32,796 nucleotides of DNA from an uncultured Planctomycetia bacterium. GTDB lineage: Bacteria > Planctomycetota > SZUA-567 > JAKLDR01. The notes under the pieces are model-generated. The model ran no database searches. It was not told the DNA's origin and saw nothing but the letters and a program-made list of their open reading frames with translations. The position numbers and the translations under genes are program-made. Every line of letters starts with the position of its first letter. Position 1 is the stretch's first letter. Below are positions 23,214-30,794 of this stretch, piece by piece. The DNA is taken from assembly GCA_964581145.1 (NCBI GenBank), contig CAZONU010000005.1, forward strand, positions 1 to 32,796, in the 5' to 3' direction.

Positions 23214-24386
23214 ATGAACAAGTTCGGCTCACGGGTCTTCTGGGGTTTCTCACTGCTGGCGGCCGCGGGCCTCGCGGCAATCGGGTGCTACTCTCAGACT
23301 GGGTATTCCGGAGCGGCCAAGGCCGATCCCCGACCGGTCGCAGCCGGGTCCGCCGCCCCCAGGGGCGGAGGTAAACGCGGTGCCCCCGTCAAGGCGCCCA
23401 GGCTCGATGCGGACCGCAGCAAGCGGCTGGTGGTTTACAACGCCTCCCTGTACATGGTCGTCGAGAAGATCGCGGACTCGCTGGAGCGCATTCGCGGCCA
23501 GGCCGCGGCGGCGGGCGGCTACCTCCAGGAGATGGACGCGAGTTCGATCACCGTCAAGGTCCCGGCCGGCAAGTTTCTGGACACCGTCGCCAAGGTCGAG
23601 AAGCTCGGCCAGGTCGTCAAGAGGGAGATCAAAGGAACGGACGAGACCGAGAAGATGCGCGACCTGCGCGCGCGCCTCAAGAACGCCGAAGCGATCCACG
23701 GGCGGCTGCTCAAACTGCTTGACAGGGCCGCCAAGATGGAGGACACCCTCAAGATCGAGAGGGAAATAGAGCGCCTGACCGAGAAGATCGAGCTCTTGAA
23801 GGGCCGGATCCGCTACCTGGAGAACAGCTCGGCCTTCTCGGCGCTGACGGTGCATCTCAACTCTCCCCTTCCGCAGAAGCGGATCGCCACGGAAATACCG
23901 TTCCCCTGGGTGCTGCGCCTGGGGGCCGACCTGACCCACGGCAGAGCCACCGAGACCTTCTACGGCGGCAGGGGCCGGCGGCGGGGCGTCAGGTTCGTCC
24001 TGCCCAAGGCCTACATCAAGTACTACGAGAGGGACCACGTCGTCCGGGCCATGTCCGCGGACGGCGTACTGCTGCGCCTCCAGCGGCACGGGAACTACGA
24101 GGGCGGGAAAGCGGAGTTCTGGTCCCGCTTGATCCGGCGGGTGCTCGTCGAGCGTCGGGCCTTCGCCCTGCGGCCCGAGGCGAAACTGAGGCTCCAGACC
24201 GGGGCCGAGGCCCGCGTGCAGGCCGGCAGCAAGGAGATCGGCGGAAAGGACTACGGCTACCTCATCGCGGTGGTCGCCGAGAAACACTACGTCTACACCT
24301 TCGAGGCCTGGGGGCCGCGGGCCGGACTCACCGCGGACCGCAAGAAGATAGAGGAGGCCGTCCGCTCGCTGCGGATCAGGCCGTAG
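23214..24386 (+). CDS. DUF4349-type lipoprotein with an extra C-terminal domain
   Basis: It has a lipobox (LAAAGLAAIGC). The DUF4349-like core is LVVYNASLYMVVEKIADSLERIRGQAAAAGGYLQEMDASSITVKVPAGKFLDTVAKVEKLG...coiled coil...SAFSALTVHL. The start lies 19 nt after the upstream stop, preceded by GGAGGGGAGGGAG. Confidence 0.8.
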   Translation: MNKFGSRVFWGFSLLAAAGLAAIGCYSQTGYSGAAKADPRPVAAGSAAPRGGGKRGAPVKAPRLDADRSKRLVVYNASLYMVVEKIADSLERIRGQAAAAGGYLQEMDASSITVKVPAGKFLDTVAKVEKLGQVVKREIKGTDETEKMRDLRARLKNAEAIHGRLLKLLDRAAKMEDTLKIEREIERLTEKIELLKGRIRYLENSSAFSALTVHLNSPLPQKRIATEIPFPWVLRLGADLTHGRATETFYGGRGRRRGVRFVLPKAYIKYYERDHVVRAMSADGVLLRLQRHGNYEGGKAEFWSRLIRRVLVERRAFALRPEAKLRLQTGAEARVQAGSKEIGGKDYGYLIAVVAEKHYVYTFEAWGPRAGLTADRKKIEEAVRSLRIRP

Positions 24387-24391
24387 GCGGC

Positions 24392-25360
24392 CTACTCCTT
24401 CGTCCAGATGCGGGTGTTGAGGTCCAGGTCCTGGACGATGCCCAGAGCCAGGGTCAGGTCCAGGTAGTACTCCCGGATCATGTGGAAGTCGAGCAGGCTG
24501 CGAAAGAACCGCGGCTCGAGCATGTTCCGCCTCAGGGGCACGGCCACGTTCACCCGGGCGTTCGCGAAGGAGACGAGGATCCGGTCGCCGGTCTCGGGCC
24601 GCTCGCGGAACTCCACCAGGCGCCGCATCAGGCTGGGGGTCAGGATGTAGCGGGCCTCAACTTGATCGTCGGCGTAGACCGCGAAGTACTTCTCGAAGTC
24701 GGGGTCCTCCAGCTTGACCAGCTCGCCCGTGCGCATGAAGTTCCTGTTCTGAAGCAGCCTGCCCAGCCAGCCGCCGAACGCTCGCTCGGCGAGGTCGGGA
24801 ACCACCACGGTGGTGCCCTTGAACTTCTTGTTGAACTCCGCAGTGAGGAAGAGTCCCTTGAACAGGGGGCGGTATCCGCTTCCACTCTCGCTGTTTCGGG
24901 TTTCGTGCCCGGCGTGGACCTCGGAGAACCGGACCTTGGTCTTCCCAAGCCTGCCGCTGACGAAGTCCTCGCCCCGGTAGCGGTCGACGCTGTACTCGAA
25001 GAGGTGGCTGGCGCTGAATTGTCTCCGGGGCACGCAGCCCCTCGCGCGGTAGTACAGCTTCGGGTTGATGAACTCCACCACGCGGCGCACCACCTCGTCC
25101 TTGAAGCCCCGCTTGTAGCCGCGCAGTGAGAGACCGCCGACGATGGCCACTACCGAGTGAGCGGCAAACAGCACGCCGATGACGCCGAAGAACCCCAGGC
25201 GATCGGCGAGGAGCAGCAGGGCAGTCGCGGACAGGGCCAGCATGATCACGGCGGCGATGCCGATGCGCAGCAGCGTCTTCTTGCGCTGCCGTTCGAAGGG
25301 CCCTATCGCGGAGACCAGTTCCCGGTCGTAGAACTCCCTGAACTCGGCCAGAGTCTTCAC
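24392..25360 (-). CDS. DUF3137 family membrane protein (paralog 1)
   Basis: GTG start at 25360 with GGAGG upstream. It has two TM helices, then FKDEVVRRVVEFINP...DRYRGEDFVSGRLGKTKVRFSEVHA...FKGLFLTAEFNKKFKGTTVVVPD...LEDPDFEKYFAVYADDQVEARYILTPSLM...LDLNTRIWTK. Confidence 0.8.
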   Translation of the reverse strand: MKTLAEFREFYDRELVSAIGPFERQRKKTLLRIGIAAVIMLALSATALLLLADRLGFFGVIGVLFAAHSVVAIVGGLSLRGYKRGFKDEVVRRVVEFINPKLYYRARGCVPRRQFSASHLFEYSVDRYRGEDFVSGRLGKTKVRFSEVHAGHETRNSESGSGYRPLFKGLFLTAEFNKKFKGTTVVVPDLAERAFGGWLGRLLQNRNFMRTGELVKLEDPDFEKYFAVYADDQVEARYILTPSLMRRLVEFRERPETGDRILVSFANARVNVAVPLRRNMLEPRFFRSLLDFHMIREYYLDLTLALGIVQDLDLNTRIWTKE

Positions 25361-25379
25361 GGCGCTCGGCCCTCCGGCC

Positions 25380-26354
25380 TCAGTCCTTCGTCCAGATCCG
25401 GGTGTTGAGGTCCAGATCCTGGACGATGCCCGCGGCCAGGGTCAGGTCCAGGTAGTACTCCCGGACCACCGCGAAGTCCAGCAGCGTGCCGAAGTAGCGC
25501 GGCTCGAACAGGTCCCGCTCCAGGGGCACGGCCACGTGCACCCGGGAGTGCGCAAAGGATATGAAAACCCGGTCGCCGGTCTCGGGCCGCTCGCGGAACT
25601 CGACCAGGCGCTCCATCAGGCTGGGGGTCAGGATGTAGCGGGCCTCGACCTGATCGTCGGCGTAGACCGCGAAGCGCCTCTCGAACGCCGGGTCCTCCAG
25701 CTTGACCAGCTCGCCCGTGCGCGTGAAGTTCATGCTCTGGAGCAGCCGGCCCAGCCAGCCGCCCAGCACCCGCTCGGCGACGTCGGGGGCCACTACGGTC
25801 GTGCCGCTGAACTCCTTGTTGAAGTCCGCGGTGAAGAAGAGTCCCTTGAAGAGCGTGTTCCACTGGCTCTTGCTGCCCTTGCCGCTGCTGCTGCTCTTGT
25901 ACTGGGCGTGGACCTCGGAGAAGCGGACCTCGGTGCCGCCCAGCCGGCCCTCCACGGAGTCCTCCCCGCGGTAGCGGTCGATGCGGTGCTCGAAGAGCCG
26001 GCTGGCGCGGAAGACGCTCTCGGGCACGCGGCCGGCGGGGCTGTAGCTCAAGCCCGGGTCGAGGAACCTCACCACCCGGCCGATCACCTCGCGCTTGAAG
26101 CCCCGCTTGTAGCCGCGCAGCGACAGGTAGGCCACCAGCACCACCACCGCGCCGCTGACGGCCAGCACAATGATGACCCCTATGGGACCGAAGCCCGCGA
26201 CCCCGAAGGCCAGGGCGGCGGCGGCGAAGACCAGCATGACCGCCGCGGCGATGCCGGTGCGCACGAGCGCCCTCTTGCGCTGGCGTTCGAAGGGTTTGAT
26301 GGCGGGGACCAGCTCCCGCTCGTAGAAGTCGCGCAGCTCGGCGAGGGTCTTCAC
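25380..26354 (-). CDS. DUF3137 family membrane protein (paralog 2)
   Basis: GTG start at 26354. It has the same motif series as paralog 1 and long identical nucleotide runs with it. Confidence 0.8.
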   Translation of the reverse strand: MKTLAELRDFYERELVPAIKPFERQRKRALVRTGIAAAVMLVFAAAALAFGVAGFGPIGVIIVLAVSGAVVVLVAYLSLRGYKRGFKREVIGRVVRFLDPGLSYSPAGRVPESVFRASRLFEHRIDRYRGEDSVEGRLGGTEVRFSEVHAQYKSSSSGKGSKSQWNTLFKGLFFTADFNKEFSGTTVVAPDVAERVLGGWLGRLLQSMNFTRTGELVKLEDPAFERRFAVYADDQVEARYILTPSLMERLVEFRERPETGDRVFISFAHSRVHVAVPLERDLFEPRYFGTLLDFAVVREYYLDLTLAAGIVQDLDLNTRIWTKD

Positions 26355-26363
26355 TGCCGCGGA

Positions 26364-26933
26364 TTAGCTCTCGAACATGTCCCCGACGTCGGGCCGCTCG
26401 CGCTCGGCCGCCTCGACTTCGAACAGCGTCCGGCGGCGGTAGCTCATCATCCCCGCGACCAGGTTGGTGGGGAACATCTCCACGGCGTTGTTGAAGTCGG
26501 TGACCGCGGCGTTGTAGGTGCGCCGCGCGGCGGCCAGCTGGGCCTCGACCTCGTTGAGCGCGCGCTGCAGCTGCATGAAGTTCTCGTTGGCCTTGAGCTC
26601 GGGGTAGTCCTCCACCTGGACCATCAGCCCGCGGAGCAGGCCGCCGATCTGGTCGCTGAGGCGGATCTGCTCGTCGCCGCCGGTGGCCGGGTCCACCGCC
26701 CTGGCGCGCAGCTGGGCGATTTTGGTAAGGGTCTCGGACTCATGCTTCATGTAGTTCTTGACGGTGCTGACCAGGTTGGGGATCAGGTCGTAGCGCTTCT
26801 TGAGCATCACGTCGATGGTCGCAAAGGCCTGCTCTACGAGGTTCTTCTTGCCGATCAGGCTGTTGTAGATCACGATGAGTACAATGAGCACCAGGCCCAG
26901 GACCGCCCCGGCGCCGATAAGGACTGGCAGCAT
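26364..26933 (-). CDS. lemA: LemA family protein
   Basis: The start is moved to ATG 26933, which has a GGAGGAG RBS. An N-terminal TM helix is followed by IYNSLIGKKNLVEQAFATIDVMLKKRYDLIPNLV...ENFMQLQRALNEVEAQLAAARRTYNAAVTDFNNAVEMFPTNLVA, the LemA signature. Confidence 0.9.
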   Translation of the reverse strand: MLPVLIGAGAVLGLVLIVLIVIYNSLIGKKNLVEQAFATIDVMLKKRYDLIPNLVSTVKNYMKHESETLTKIAQLRARAVDPATGGDEQIRLSDQIGGLLRGLMVQVEDYPELKANENFMQLQRALNEVEAQLAAARRTYNAAVTDFNNAVEMFPTNLVAGMMSYRRRTLFEVEAAERERPDVGDMFES

Positions 26934-27163
26934 CTTCGCTCCTCCTTCCGGGCTCCGCGAACCCCGCCCCGACCCGGGCGGACCGCGCGGCCTCCCTGAT
27001 ATAGGATACCGCCGAAGACCGGCCGGGTCCAATTACAAAAGAGGGCCTTTTTTGGAAGGGCGCCCCCACAGCCGAATAACCGGCTAAAGGGCGCCGTCGC
27101 TTATTCGTTGTACCGGGGGGAGGCCCGCCGGTTTATAATGGAGCGGGGGAGGAGGAGTGCGCC

Positions 27164-28288
27164 TTGAGCGGAGGCATCAAGTGGCTCGTGCCGGTCCTGC
27201 TGCTGGCCGCCGGGGCGGCGGCCGGGGCGGAGCGCGTGGGCGACCCCAAGACCGAGAAGCCACTGATCATCGTCTACCCCTTCGTCAGCAAGTTCGACGA
27301 GGGCGCGCTGGGCGCCAAGGTCCGCGAGTGCATCCGCGGCCACGCGCTGAGGAGCAAGAAAGTCACCTGCTTCGACCAGCTCTCCGAGGGGGAGCTCCTG
27401 GCCGCCAGCCCCTTCAAGCCCGGCCCGGAGGTCAAACCCGGGAAGGTCGCCGACCACGCCCGGGAGACCTTCAAGGCCCGCTACGCCGTCTGGGGCGAGA
27501 TATCCAAAGCAAAGAAGGGCTACACCCTGCGGGTCCTGGGCGCGGGCGTCGGGAAGGTCAAGAAGAAGGGGGCGGCGGGCGCCGCGCTCCTGGCCGACGA
27601 GACCTACGCCTGCCCCACTGTCCACCACATCCCCCAGCACGCCGAGACCTTCCTGGCCAAGCTGCTGAAAAAAGAGCGCCGCCACCTGGAGCGCAAGTTC
27701 GGCGAGGTGGTCAAAGTCCTCGAGACGATTCCCATCAACGGGGACTTCGCCAGGGGCAACTCAAAAAAGGACTGGCCGGCGGGCTGGAACCTGGTGCGGC
27801 CGGACCTCGTGTCGCAGGTTTCCTGGGCGGCACGGCCCGGCGGCAAGAAGGGCGACAAGTGCCTGGCCTACAATATGAACAAGAAGACCGCGGCCAACGA
27901 GGGCATCATGGCCGCAAGCCGTTACGTCCCGATCAGGAAGGGCGCTTACTACCAGGCCAGCGTCGAGATCATGTCCAGGAAGCCCAAGGTGATTTTCTGG
28001 GTCAAGGGCTACACCGACGTCGACGGCGAGAAGCGCGAGACCTACCGCCATCAGGTGCGTTTCTACCCGGAGAAGAAGGGCCGGGCCTTCGAGCGCCTGA
28101 CCACCAAACCCTTCCGGCCGCGCAATCCCCTGGTGAAGGTCGAGTACCTCCGCCTGATGCTCTACGCCTACCACCCGGCGGGCAAGGTCTGGTTCGACAA
28201 CGCCTGGCTCAAGCGCGTCGAGGTCAGGGGCGACAAGGAGCCGGGCCCGGCTTTTGTCAAAGAGGGCGGCGGTGAGAAGCTCAAGTAG
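27164..28288 (+). CDS. Secreted hypothetical protein with C-terminal jelly-roll/CBM-like domain
   Basis: TTG start lies 7 nt after GGAGGAGGAG. It has signal peptide WLVPVLLLAAGAAAGA and consistent GC3 bias. The function is unrecognised. Confidence 0.7.
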   Translation: MSGGIKWLVPVLLLAAGAAAGAERVGDPKTEKPLIIVYPFVSKFDEGALGAKVRECIRGHALRSKKVTCFDQLSEGELLAASPFKPGPEVKPGKVADHARETFKARYAVWGEISKAKKGYTLRVLGAGVGKVKKKGAAGAALLADETYACPTVHHIPQHAETFLAKLLKKERRHLERKFGEVVKVLETIPINGDFARGNSKKDWPAGWNLVRPDLVSQVSWAARPGGKKGDKCLAYNMNKKTAANEGIMAASRYVPIRKGAYYQASVEIMSRKPKVIFWVKGYTDVDGEKRETYRHQVRFYPEKKGRAFERLTTKPFRPRNPLVKVEYLRLMLYAYHPAGKVWFDNAWLKRVEVRGDKEPGPAFVKEGGGEKLK

Positions 28289-28760
28289 GCGCGAGTACCG
28301 TCTTAAAACCCGTCTGGGAAATTTCCTGGCCGCCTTCGAGGACGGCAGGCTGGCCGCGCTGCGCCTGCCGGGCACCTGGCGGCGCGCGGAGAAGCCGCCG
28401 CTCTTGAAGGCGCAAGAGGACATCGCCGGAAAGAGACTCCTCCGCGAGCTGGCCGCGTATCTCGCCGGGAAGCGCGTGAGGTTCACCGTGCCGATCGCGC
28501 CCGAGGGCACCGCCTTCCAGAAGCGGGTCTGGTCGGCGATGCGGCGCATCCCCTGGGGCCGGACCGCCAGCTACGCCGAGCTGGCCCGCATGGCCGGCTC
28601 CGCCCGCGCCGCGCGGGCGACCGGTCGTGCGTGCGGGAGGAACTCCATCATAATCATCAACCCCTGTCACCGGGTGGTGGCCGCCGGGGGGCTGGGCGGT
28701 TTCGGCTCGGGGCTGGCCTGGAAACGGCGGCTGCTGGGCCTTGAGGGCCACGACCTCTAA
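28272..28760 (+). CDS. ogt: Methylated-DNA--protein-cysteine methyltransferase (Ogt/MGMT)
   Basis: Motifs FQKRVWSAMRRIPWGRTASYAELA, the active-site NPCHRVV and GGLGGFGSGLAWKRRLL are present. My preferred start is GTG 28272 (AGAGGG 5 nt upstream). The track start is TTG 28254. It overlaps the end of the upstream gene. Confidence 0.85.
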   Translation: MRSSSRREYRLKTRLGNFLAAFEDGRLAALRLPGTWRRAEKPPLLKAQEDIAGKRLLRELAAYLAGKRVRFTVPIAPEGTAFQKRVWSAMRRIPWGRTASYAELARMAGSARAARATGRACGRNSIIIINPCHRVVAAGGLGGFGSGLAWKRRLLGLEGHDL

Positions 28761-28781
28761 GGCACTGCGCAGAGCAAAGCC

Positions 28782-29381
28782 ATGACCGCCCCCGGCCCTT
28801 CGCCAGCTTCCCCGCAGGAAGCGCCGGGTGCGGATGAGCCGGTGCGAAGGAAGACACGCACCCTGTGGTGGCTTTTGGGCGTGCTTGTCGCTGGCCTGCT
28901 TCTTGCCGCGGGAGGGTCCGTAGGTATCAATTGGTGGCAGCGGATTTCGCGCAACGAGAGCGGCGCAATTGGCTCCTGCCGGGCTTATGCCGAGGCCCAG
29001 ATCATGTCCCGTAGCGAAAGATACCATGGATTGACAGTCTTCCGGTACGTCACTCCCTACTCACGTCTCAGGACTCTCAAGGAACCTGACGGCCAACCTG
29101 CATGTCTCATTTCTCAACCATTCACAGCGGCAGAGGGCCCGGAGGGTGTTCCCCATCACGGTTACCTCTTCTGGGATCTCAAGACCATCGGTGGCAAGCC
29201 CATAGACTGGGTGGACGATTACGGCCTGTGCGCCACGCCAGCGAAGTACGGAGTCACTGGTCGGAGGACCTTCATCGTGGATAGTAGGGGTACCGTCTGG
29301 GGCAAGGACCTGGGCGAAAGCAGATTCGTCACTGACTATCCCCTAGACCCAAAAGCTGCAGGATGGGAGTACGCAGATTGA
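28782..29381 (+). CDS. Membrane-anchored DUF2950-like protein (paralog of 9637-10308), lower GC
   Basis: A TM helix (LWWLLGVLVAGLLLAAGG) is followed by NESGAIGSCRAYAEAQ and the C-terminal block HGYLFWDLKTIGGKPIDWVDDYGLCATPAKYGVTGRRTFIVDSRGTVWGKDLG, matching the other paralog. Confidence 0.75.
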   Translation: MTAPGPSPASPQEAPGADEPVRRKTRTLWWLLGVLVAGLLLAAGGSVGINWWQRISRNESGAIGSCRAYAEAQIMSRSERYHGLTVFRYVTPYSRLRTLKEPDGQPACLISQPFTAAEGPEGVPHHGYLFWDLKTIGGKPIDWVDDYGLCATPAKYGVTGRRTFIVDSRGTVWGKDLGESRFVTDYPLDPKAAGWEYAD

Positions 29382-29462
29382 CCACCCCCGGCCTTTCCCC
29401 AGCTTCCCTAGACTGTTCACACGGGGGGCTGACTGTTAGAGCAAAGCCCCGCCTGCAGACGG

Positions 29463-29491
29463 TGGACTTCGGGCCGACCGGCGGGTATAAT
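29463..29491 (+). promoter_or_regulatory. Candidate promoter for tRNA-Pro
   Basis: TGGACT (29463-68), a 17-nt spacer, then TATAAT (29486-91), 15 nt upstream of the tRNA 5' end. Confidence 0.55.
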
Positions 29492-29506
29492 CGCCCGTCC
29501 TTGGGT

Positions 29507-29584
29507 CGGGGCGTAGCTCAGCCTGGCTAGAGCGCGTGGTTTGGGTCCACGAGGTCGCTGGTTCAAATCCAGTCGCCCCGACCA
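29507..29584 (+). tRNA. tRNA-Pro (anticodon UGG), CCA encoded
   Basis: Folded by hand. The acceptor stem is CGGGGCG/CGCCCCG, the D stem GCTC/GAGC and the anticodon stem CGTGG/CCACG. The anticodon loop is TT-TGG-GT (G37), the variable loop is 5 nt, the T stem is GCTGG/CCAGT and the T loop TTCAAAT. The discriminator is A, followed by CCA. Confidence 0.95.
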
Positions 29585-29596
29585 GCCAAGACACCG

Positions 29597-29629
29597 AAGC
29601 CCTGGTGCTTGTGCCGGGGCTTTGCTCTT
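29597..29629 (+). terminator. Hairpin terminator after tRNA-Pro
   Basis: aagccctgg / ccggggctt stem with one G-U, an 8-nt loop and tail tgctctt. Confidence 0.5.
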
Positions 29630-29692
29630 GGGGACGTGACGGGAAGCGGTGCCCAACAGTTGCGCCATGCTGCGCGGGAAAGGAGAGGTCTC

Positions 29693-29830
29693 ATGTGTGG
29701 AGAGAAAAAGGAGTGCTAGAAGCCCGAGGAGCTCGTCGGCAAGCCCGAGGAGTGTTCCCCTGAGCAGGTCAAGAAGTGCCACGGGGACGCGAAGGAGCCC
29801 CCCTGCGTCGAAAAGGACTCCAAGAAGTAG
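29693..29830 (+). pseudogene. Cys/His-rich mini-ORF interrupted by an in-frame TAG at codon 9 (recoding, sequencing error or pseudogene)
   Basis: AGGAGAGG RBS lies before ATG 29693. The reading is MCGEKKEC-TAG(29717-29719)-KPEELVGKPEECSPEQVKKCHGDAKEPPCVEKDSKK-TAG. 33 of the 36 post-TAG codons end in G/C, and there is no in-frame start after the TAG. Confidence 0.5.
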
Positions 29831-29837
29831 GAGGCTG

Positions 29838-30794
29838 GTGACGAACGGATCCGACAGCGTCATTGAAGTCCGGGGGCTCTCCAAGAGCTACGGGCAGACC
29901 CGGGCACTGGAGGGCATGAGCTTCGCCCTGCGCCGGGGCGAGGCCTTCGCCTACCTCGGTCCCAACGGCGCGGGCAAGACCACCACTATCAACATCCTCT
30001 GCGGCCTGCTGCGGCGCGACGCCGGCGAGGTGCGCATCTGCGGCCTGGACATCGACCGCGACCCGGTCGCCGTCAAGGGGCTGATCGGCGTTGTCCCGGA
30101 GGAGTCCAACCTCTATCCCGAGCTCACCTGCCGCAGAAACCTGGAATACCTTGGCGAGCTCTACGGCCTCGACCGCCGCTCGCGGAGAACGAGAGCCGGC
30201 GAGCTCCTGGAGAGCTTCGACCTGGCCGGCAAAGCGGAGGCTCCTTTCCGGGCGCTGTCCCGCGGGATGAAGCGCCGGCTGACCGTGGCCGCGGCCCTGA
30301 TCCATGCGCCGGAGGTCGTCTTCCTGGACGAGCCCACCGCCGGCCTGGACGTGCCCAGCGCCCGGGCGCTGCGTTCCTTCATCGGCGAGATCCGCCGCGA
30401 CGGGACCACCGTGTTCCTGACCACACACAACATGGCGGAGGCGGAAGCCCTCTGCGACCGGGTGCTCATACTGGTCAAGGGACGAACCGTTGCCGAAGGC
30501 ACCGCGGCCGAGATCCGGCAGCGCGTGGAAAGGGCCAGTGCCCTTTCCGTGAAGCTGTCCGGCGACGTGGGAGAAGCGGAGCTATCCCAGGCATGCCCGG
30601 CGGTCCGGTCAGCGACCCGCACGGACAGCGCGTGGCGGCTTGAGGTGAGCGACGCGCACACCGCCGTGGCAGAGATCGTGTCCTTGGCAGAGGAACGGGG
30701 GCTCCGAATCTTGGAGATCGCCACGGTCGCCCCGACCCTTGAAGACGCCTTCATGACCATCATCGGCAACAGCGCCGGGGAGACGGGACCATGA
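29838..30794 (+). CDS. ABC transporter ATP-binding protein (ABC-2/DrrA-like)
   Basis: It has Walker A GPNGAGKTT, the signature LSRGMKRRL and Walker B VVFLDEPTAGLD. The start is set to GTG 29838, right after AGGAGG (short spacing, so the start is uncertain). The track extension to 29649 is R/S-rich off-frame sequence. Confidence 0.85.
   Translation: MTNGSDSVIEVRGLSKSYGQTRALEGMSFALRRGEAFAYLGPNGAGKTTTINILCGLLRRDAGEVRICGLDIDRDPVAVKGLIGVVPEESNLYPELTCRRNLEYLGELYGLDRRSRRTRAGELLESFDLAGKAEAPFRALSRGMKRRLTVAAALIHAPEVVFLDEPTAGLDVPSARALRSFIGEIRRDGTTVFLTTHNMAEAEALCDRVLILVKGRTVAEGTAAEIRQRVERASALSVKLSGDVGEAELSQACPAVRSATRTDSAWRLEVSDAHTAVAEIVSLAEERGLRILEIATVAPTLEDAFMTIIGNSAGETGP

Noticed and set aside
25357-26999. 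ORFs 25357-25863 (-) and 25536-26999 (+, 487 aa)
   Set aside because: They are alternative-frame or antisense shadows of the DUF3137 and lemA genes, with low-complexity composition.
27134-27139. TATAAT at 27134-27139 as a promoter for gene 27164-28288
   Set aside because: It is a good -10 hexamer, but there is no acceptable -35 at 16-18 nt spacing and no TG extension. That is too little to list as a feature.
28782-29584. Integrated mobile element at tRNA-Pro
   Set aside because: No integrase, excisionase or transposase is present in the window. The repeats lie upstream rather than at the 3' end of the tRNA. So only the repeat and composition observation is reported.
29717-29719. Pyrrolysine as the reading of the in-frame TAG
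   Set aside because: No pyl genes or other evidence are in the window, and the trait is rare. A sequencing error, a recent nonsense mutation or simple read-through are all more likely. It is kept only as a remote possibility inside the finding.
29649-29837. Track extension of the ABC ATPase ORF back to 29649
   Set aside because: The peptide is R/S/P-rich (…RKRSARSPRSSSASPRSVPLSRSRSATGTRRSPP…). It is the off-frame reading of the Cys-rich mini-ORF, whose own frame has the local GC3 signature.
29417-29884. ORF 29417-29884 (-, 155 aa)
   Set aside because: It lies antisense across tRNA-Pro, its promoter and terminator, so it is spurious.
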